A stretch of 4,112 nucleotides of DNA from the IMG/VR virus record IMGVR_UViG_3300014970_000012. The stretch is one strand, 5' to 3'. Below, in pieces: positions 1 to 4,112 of this stretch. The notes beneath the pieces are model-generated. The model saw only the letters and a list, made by a program, of their open reading frames with translations. It ran no database searches and was not told the origin of the DNA. This stretch comes from a virus (lineage: Duplodnaviria > Heunggongvirae > Uroviricota > Caudoviricetes). Each line of letters begins with the position of its first letter. The stretch's first letter is position 1. Made by a program: the position numbers and the translations under genes.

Positions 1-89
1 CAGCGATCTGTTCAAATGTTATTACCCGATCTCGATGGAAGTTATTGAGTGATCTCCTTTCATGAAAATACGCAGCACCCATTAACCAC

Positions 90-93
90 GGAG
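90..93 (+). promoter_or_regulatory. Shine-Dalgarno (GGAG) for the tail sheath gene, 8 nt upstream of the ATG at 102
   Basis: GGAG at 90-93 followed by ATG at 102-104, which opens the 396-aa ORF. Confidence 0.6.
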
Positions 94-101
94 TTAAACG
101 G

Positions 102-1292
102 ATGAGTGACTATCATCACGGCGTGCAGGTGCTGGAGATTAACGACGGCACCCGCGTCATTTCCACCGTATCCACCGCCATTGTTGGCATGGTCTGCACG
201 GCCAGCGATGCGGATGCGGAAATCTTCCCCCTCAATAAACCAGTGCTGATTACCAATGTGCAGAGCGCAATTGCAAAGGCCGGTAAAAAAGGCACGCTGG
301 CGGCATCGTTGCAGGCCATCGCCGACCAGTCAAAACCGGTCACCGTTGTCGTGCGTGTGGAAGACGGCACCGGCGACGACGAGGAAACGAAACTTGCGCA
401 GACCGTTTCCAATATCATCGGCACCACCGACGAAAACGGTCAGTACACCGGACTGAAAGCCCTGCTGGCGGCGGAGTCGGTAACCGGTGTTAAACCGCGT
501 ATTCTCGGTGTGCCGGGACTGGACACCAAAGAGGTGGCTGTTGCACTGGTATCCGTCTGTCAGAAGCTGCGCGCTTTCGGGTATATCAGCGCATGGGGCT
601 GTAAGACCATTTCCGAGGTGAAAGCCTACCGCCAGAATTTCAGCCAGCGTGAGCTGATGGTCATCTGGCCGGATTTCCTCGCATGGGATACGGTCACCAG
701 CACCACCGCCACCGCGTATGCCACCGCCCGTGCGCTGGGTCTGCGTGCCAGAATCGACCAGGAGCAGGGCTGGCATAAAACGCTGTCCAATGTCGGGGTG
801 AACGGTGTTACCGGCATTAGCGCATCTGTATTCTGGGATTTGCAGGAGTCCGGCACCGATGCTGACCTGCTTAACGAGTCAGGCGTCACTACGCTGATTC
901 GCCGCGACGGTTTCCGATTCTGGGGTAACCGTACCTGCTCTGATGACCCGCTGTTCCTCTTTGAAAACTACACCCGCACCGCGCAGGTGCTGGCCGACAC
1001 GATGGCTGAGGCGCACATGTGGGCGGTGGACAAGCCCATCACCGCAACGCTGATTCGCGACATCGTTGACGGCATCAATGCCAAATTCCGTGAGCTGAAA
1101 ACAAACGGCTATATCGTGGATGCGACCTGCTGGTTCAGCGAAGAATCCAACGATGCGGAAACCCTTAAGGCCGGAAAACTGTATATCGACTACGACTATA
1201 CCCCGGTGCCTCCTCTTGAAAACCTGACCCTGCGCCAGCGTATTACCGATAAATACCTGGCAAATCTGGTCACCTCGGTTAACAGCAATTAA
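102..1292 (+). CDS. FI: Contractile tail sheath protein (P2 gpFI family), 396 aa
   Basis: Complete ORF from the six-frame track (ATG 102, TAA 1290-1292). Length and sequence (MSDYHHGVQVLEINDGTRVISTV...YIDYDYTPVPPLENLTLRQRITDKYLANLVTSVNSN) match my recollection of the phage P2 FI sheath protein, and it sits immediately upstream of a tube-like gene. Assignment is by recognition, not by search. Confidence 0.93.
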   Translation: MSDYHHGVQVLEINDGTRVISTVSTAIVGMVCTASDADAEIFPLNKPVLITNVQSAIAKAGKKGTLAASLQAIADQSKPVTVVVRVEDGTGDDEETKLAQTVSNIIGTTDENGQYTGLKALLAAESVTGVKPRILGVPGLDTKEVAVALVSVCQKLRAFGYISAWGCKTISEVKAYRQNFSQRELMVIWPDFLAWDTVTSTTATAYATARALGLRARIDQEQGWHKTLSNVGVNGVTGISASVFWDLQESGTDADLLNESGVTTLIRRDGFRFWGNRTCSDDPLFLFENYTRTAQVLADTMAEAHMWAVDKPITATLIRDIVDGINAKFRELKTNGYIVDATCWFSEESNDAETLKAGKLYIDYDYTPVPPLENLTLRQRITDKYLANLVTSVNSN

Positions 1293-1296
1293 GGAG
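1291..1296 (+). promoter_or_regulatory. Shine-Dalgarno (AAGGAG) for the tail tube gene, overlapping the FI stop codon
   Basis: TAAGGAG with TAA at 1290-1292 and ATG at 1305, a spacing of 8 nt; the close packing suggests coupled translation of sheath and tube. Confidence 0.65.
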
Positions 1297-1304
1297 CCTG
1301 ACCG

Positions 1305-1823
1305 ATGGCAATGCCGCGCAAACTCAAGTTAATGAACGTCTTTCTGAACGGCTACAGCTATCAGGGCGTTGCAAAGTCCGTCACGCTGCCAAAACTGACC
1401 CGTAAGCTCGAAAACTATCGCGGTGCGGGGATGAACGGCAGCGCACCGGTAGACCTCGGCCTTGATGACGATGCGCTGTCAATGGAGTGGTCACTCGGTG
1501 GCTTCCCGGATTCGGTTATCTGGGAGCTTTACGCCGCAACCGGTGTGGATGCTGTGCCGATTCGTTTTGCAGGCTCTTACCAGCGTGACGATACCGGCGA
1601 AACGGTGGCCGTCGAAGTGGTCATGCGTGGACGTCAGAAAGAAATCGACACCGGCGAGGGTAAACAGGGAGAAGACACTGAGTCGAAAATCTCCGTGGTC
1701 TGCACCTATTTCCGGCTGACGATGGACGGTAAGGAGCTGGTCGAAATCGACACCATCAACATGATTGAGAAGGTGAACGGCGTCGACCGGCTGGAGCAAC
1801 ACCGCCGCAATATCGGCCTGTGA
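1305..1823 (+). CDS. FII: Tail tube protein (P2 gpFII family), 172 aa
   Basis: Complete ORF (ATG 1305, TGA 1821-1823) directly after the sheath gene. The sequence MAMPRKLKLMNVFLNGYSYQGVAKSVTLPKL... is recognisable as a P2 FII-type tube protein, and the size and position are canonical. Confidence 0.93.
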   Translation: MAMPRKLKLMNVFLNGYSYQGVAKSVTLPKLTRKLENYRGAGMNGSAPVDLGLDDDALSMEWSLGGFPDSVIWELYAATGVDAVPIRFAGSYQRDDTGETVAVEVVMRGRQKEIDTGEGKQGEDTESKISVVCTYFRLTMDGKELVEIDTINMIEKVNGVDRLEQHRRNIGL

Positions 1824-1830
1824 TTTTCAT

Positions 1831-1851
1831 CCGGTCAGCCTGGCTGACCGG
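1831..1851. other. Perfect 21-bp palindrome (CCGGTCAGCC-T-GGCTGACCGG) in the FII-E intergenic region; potential RNA hairpin
   Basis: Arms 1831-1840 and 1842-1851 are exact reverse complements. No U-tract follows on either strand, so it is not a canonical intrinsic terminator. Confidence 0.45.
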
Positions 1852-1879
1852 TTAACCCCGATTCAGAAGTGAGAAAACC

Positions 1880-2155
1880 ATGAACAAAGAAAATGTGATT
1901 ACCCTGGACAATCCGGTCAAGCGTGGTGAGCAGGTTATCGAACAGGTCACGCTGATGAAACCTAATGCCGGGACGCTGCGCGGTGTCAGTCTGGCTGCGG
2001 TCGCGAACTCCGAAGTCGATGCACTGATTAAGGTGCTGCCGCGCATGACGGCACCGATGCTGACCGAGCAGGAAGTCGCCGCGCTGGAACTGCCTGACCT
2101 TGTGGCGCTGGCCGGTAAGGTGGTCGGTTTTTTGTCGCCGAACTCGGTGCAGTAA
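1880..2155 (+). CDS. E: Tail assembly chaperone gpE (P2 E family), 91 aa
   Basis: ORF from the track (ATG 1880, TAA 2153-2155), located between the tube and tape measure genes and carrying a slippery heptamer near its 3' end. The sequence resembles P2 gpE. The upstream SD is weak (GAG at 1871-1873). Confidence 0.85.
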   Translation: MNKENVITLDNPVKRGEQVIEQVTLMKPNAGTLRGVSLAAVANSEVDALIKVLPRMTAPMLTEQEVAALELPDLVALAGKVVGFLSPNSVQ

Positions 2156-2307
2156 CGTTCCCGAAAAATCTCTCGGTCGATGACCTGATGGCGGATGTGG
2201 CAGTGATATTTCACTGGCCGCCATCAGAACTGTATCCCATGAGTCTGACCGAACTCATCACATGGCGCGAAAAGGCGCTCCGGCGAAGCGGAAACACGAA
2301 TGAGTAA
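1880..2307 (+). CDS. E+E': Tail assembly chaperone E+E' frameshift fusion, 142 aa (85 aa of E, then 57 aa from the -1 frame)
   Basis: Manual translation after a -1 slip at 2128-2134 gives ...GFL-VAELGAVTFPKNLSVDDLMADVAVIFHWPPSELYPMSLTELITWREKALRRSGNTNE, ending at TAA 2305-2307. The total of 142 aa matches the expected size of P2 gpE+E'. Base 2134 is read twice. Confidence 0.75.
2128..2134 (+). promoter_or_regulatory. Programmed -1 ribosomal frameshift slippery heptamer T_TTT_TTG (X_XXY_YYZ)
   Basis: In the E frame the codons are GGT TTT TTG (2126-2134), so the heptamer 2128-2134 is in the correct phase. The -1 frame is open from here to the TAA at 2305-2307. Confidence 0.78.
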
Positions 2308-4112
2308 CAATGTAAAATTACAGGTATTGCTCAGGGCTGTTGACCAGGCATCCCGCCCGTTTAAATCCATCCGCACAGCGAGTAAGTCGCTGTCGGGGGA
2401 TATCCGGGAAACACAAAAATCACTGCGCGAGCTGAACGGTCACGCATCCCGTATTGAGGGGTTCCGCAAGACCAGTGCACAGCTCGCCGTGACTGGTCAT
2501 GCACTTGAAAAGGCGCGGCAGGAAGCCGAAGCCCTTGCCACACAGTTTAAAAATACCGAACGACCGACCCGTGCTCAGGCGAAAGTGCTGGAATCCGCAA
2601 AGCGTGCGGCGGAGGACTTACAGGCGAAATATAACCGCCTCACGGATTCCGTTAAACGCCAGCAGCGGGAACTGGCCGCTGTGGGAATTAATACCCGCAA
2701 TCTTGCACATGATGAGCAGGGGCTGAAAAACCGTATCAGTGAAACCACCGCACAGCTTAACCGTCAGCGCGACGCACTGGCGCGTGTCAGTGCACAACAG
2801 GCAAAACTTAACGCAGTCAAACAGCGTTATCAGGCCGGAAAAGAACTGGCAGGAAATATGGCCTCAGTGGGCGCTGCCGGTGTGGGGATTGCTGCTGCGG
2901 GAACGATGGCCGGAGTTAAGCTGCTGATGCCCGGTTATGAGTTTGCGCAGAAAAACTCAGAATTGCAGGCTGTGCTCGGTGTGGCAAAAGACTCCGCCGA
3001 AATGGCTGCACTACGCAAGCAGGCGCGCCAGCTCGGTGACAATACCGCCGCCTCAGCGGATGATGCGGCCGGTGCGCAGATTATCATTGCGAAAGCGGGT
3101 GGAGATGTTGATGCCATTCAGGCGGCAACGCCGGTCACGCTGAACATGGCGCTGGCGAACCGTCGCACGATGGAAGAAAACGCCGCCCTGCTGATGGGGA
3201 TGAAATCTGCCTTTCAGCTTTCAAACGATAAGGTCGCTCATATCGGGGATGTTCTCTCCATGACGATGAACAAAACCGCCGCCGATTTTGATGGCATGAG
3301 CGATGCGCTGACCTATGCCGCACCTGTGGCAAAAAATGCCGGTGTCAGCATTGAAGAAACCGCCGCAATGGTCGGGGCGCTGCATGATGCAAAAATTACC
3401 GGTTCAATGGCGGGGACGGGAAGCCGTGCCGTGTTAAGCCGCCTGCAGGCACCGACGGGAAAAGCATGGGATGCACTGAAAGAGCTTGGCGTGAAAACCT
3501 CAGACAGCAAGGGGAATACCCGACCAGTATTTACCATTCTGAAAGAAATGCAGGCCAGTTTTGAGAAAAACCGGCTCGGTACTGCCCAGCAGGCTGAATA
3601 CATGAAAACTATTTTCGGGGAGGAGGCCAGCTCAGCCGCCGCCGTGCTGATGACTGCCGCCTCAACTGGAAAGCTGGACAAACTGACCGCTGCGTTTAAA
3701 GCCTCAGACGGGAAGACCGCCGAGCTGGTAAATATCATGCAGGACAACCTCGGCGGTGACTTTAAGGAGTTTCAGTCCGCTTATGAGGCGGTGGGGACTG
3801 ACCTGTTTGACCAGCAGGAAGGCGCACTGCGTAAGCTCACGCAGACGGCCACAAAGTATGTGTTAAAACTCGACGGCTGGATACAGAAAAACAAATCACT
3901 GGCGTCAACCATCGGCATCATTGTCGGTGGTGCACTGGCACTGATTGGTGTCATCGGTGCCATTGGCCTCGTAGCCTGGCCGGTTATCACCGGCATCAAT
4001 GCCATCATCGCGGCAGCAGGCGCAATGGGAGCAATCTTCACGACGGTTGGCAGTGCTGTTATGACGGCCATCGGGGCGATTAGCTGGCCGGTTGTGGCCG
4101 TGGTGGCCGCCA
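2300..4112 (+). CDS. T: Tail tape measure protein (P2 gpT family), 5' partial: 604 codons in the window, 3' end beyond the window
   Basis: This frame has no stop from 2249 to the window end, and the first ATG is at 2300, overlapping the E' stop (ATGAGTAA). Manual translation begins MSNNVKLQVLLRAVDQASRPFKSIRTASKSLSGDIRETQKSLRELNGHA... with a coiled-coil-like N-terminus and Ala/Gly-rich hydrophobic repeats near the window end, as is typical of tape measure proteins. It is absent from the supplied ORF track, presumably because no stop lies inside the window. Confidence 0.9.
   Translation, partial: MSNNVKLQVLLRAVDQASRPFKSIRTASKSLSGDIRETQKSLRELNGHASRIEGFRKTSAQLAVTGHALEKARQEAEALATQFKNTERPTRAQAKVLESAKRAAEDLQAKYNRLTDSVKRQQRELAAVGINTRNLAHDEQGLKNRISETTAQLNRQRDALARVSAQQAKLNAVKQRYQAGKELAGNMASVGAAGVGIAAAGTMAGVKLLMPGYEFAQKNSELQAVLGVAKDSAEMAALRKQARQLGDNTAASADDAAGAQIIIAKAGGDVDAIQAATPVTLNMALANRRTMEENAALLMGMKSAFQLSNDKVAHIGDVLSMTMNKTAADFDGMSDALTYAAPVAKNAGVSIEETAAMVGALHDAKITGSMAGTGSRAVLSRLQAPTGKAWDALKELGVKTSDSKGNTRPVFTILKEMQASFEKNRLGTAQQAEYMKTIFGEEASSAAAVLMTAASTGKLDKLTAAFKASDGKTAELVNIMQDNLGGDFKEFQSAYEAVGTDLFDQQEGALRKLTQTATKYVLKLDGWIQKNKSLASTIGIIVGGALALIGVIGAIGLVAWPVITGINAIIAAAGAMGAIFTTVGSAVMTAIGAISWPVVAVVAA

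Noticed and set aside
1-101. Ogr/Delta-type late-promoter dyad or sigma70 -10/-35 elements upstream of FI
   Set aside because: No TGT-N12-ACA dyad and no convincing -35/-10 pair in the 101 nt available; the promoter probably lies upstream of the window.
116-889. Minus-strand ORFs (116..427, 330..776, 626..889) and a + strand alternate-frame ORF (256..456) inside the sheath gene
   Set aside because: They lie entirely within the strongly supported 396-aa sheath ORF, and their translations are low-complexity and rich in R, G, S, T and P, as expected for off-frame or antisense reads of GC-rich coding DNA. None has a plausible RBS or start context.
1462-1802. Alternate-frame ORF 1462..1719 (+) and antisense ORF 1491..1802 (-) inside the tube gene
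   Set aside because: Both are embedded in the 172-aa tube ORF and neither has an independent signal; they are artefacts.
2135-2150. Possible frameshift-stimulating structure just downstream of the slippery site (CCGA..TCGG short inverted repeat)
   Set aside because: Only a stem of about 4 bp is visible, which is too weak to call. Many phage chaperone frameshifts work without a strong downstream structure.
1835-2224. Two antisense ORFs (1835..2224 and 1852..2214, minus strand) opposite E/E'
   Set aside because: They overlap the chaperone gene and its frameshift extension on the opposite strand, and their sequences are R/H/S-rich and non-globular. The sense-strand E/E' architecture explains the region.
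2361-4071. Multiple short ORFs on both strands inside the tape measure gene (2361..2543-, 2499..2726+, 2739..2927+, 2935..3117-, 2937..3143+, 3135..3332-, 3313..3747-, 3781..4071-)
   Set aside because: All lie inside the long open frame-2 tape measure ORF. The antisense ones are Ala/Ser/Pro-rich mirror reads of an Ala-rich sense frame, and none is supported.
1-4112. CRISPR arrays, tRNA or other RNA genes, IS elements, defence or toxin-antitoxin cargo
   Set aside because: No direct-repeat and spacer periodicity, no tRNA-like sequence, no terminal inverted repeats, and no unexplained ORFs. The window is filled by the tail structural module.

Overview
The window is almost entirely coding on the + strand and reads as the conserved tail-core module of a P2-like (Peduovirus-type) temperate myophage or a derived prophage/tailocin. 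The gene order is tail sheath (FI, 396 aa), tail tube (FII, 172 aa), tail assembly chaperone E (91 aa) with its -1 frameshift extension E+E' (142 aa), then the 5' 604 codons of the tape measure protein T, which runs off the 3' edge. T is missing from the supplied ORF track, apparently because it has no stop inside the window; I translated it by hand from the ATG at 2300. Genes are tightly packed with GGAG-type ribosome-binding sites, a T_TTT_TTG slippery heptamer in E, and an E' stop that overlaps the T start. Non-coding sequence is limited to 1..101, 1293..1304 and 1824..1879, the last of which holds a perfect 21-bp palindrome. I see no evidence of a novel or undescribed system here: there is no defence-like cargo, no repeat array and no RNA gene, and every long ORF is explained by the canonical tail module. 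All family assignments rest on reading the translations and on recollection of P2 proteins; no database search was run and no identity values are claimed.
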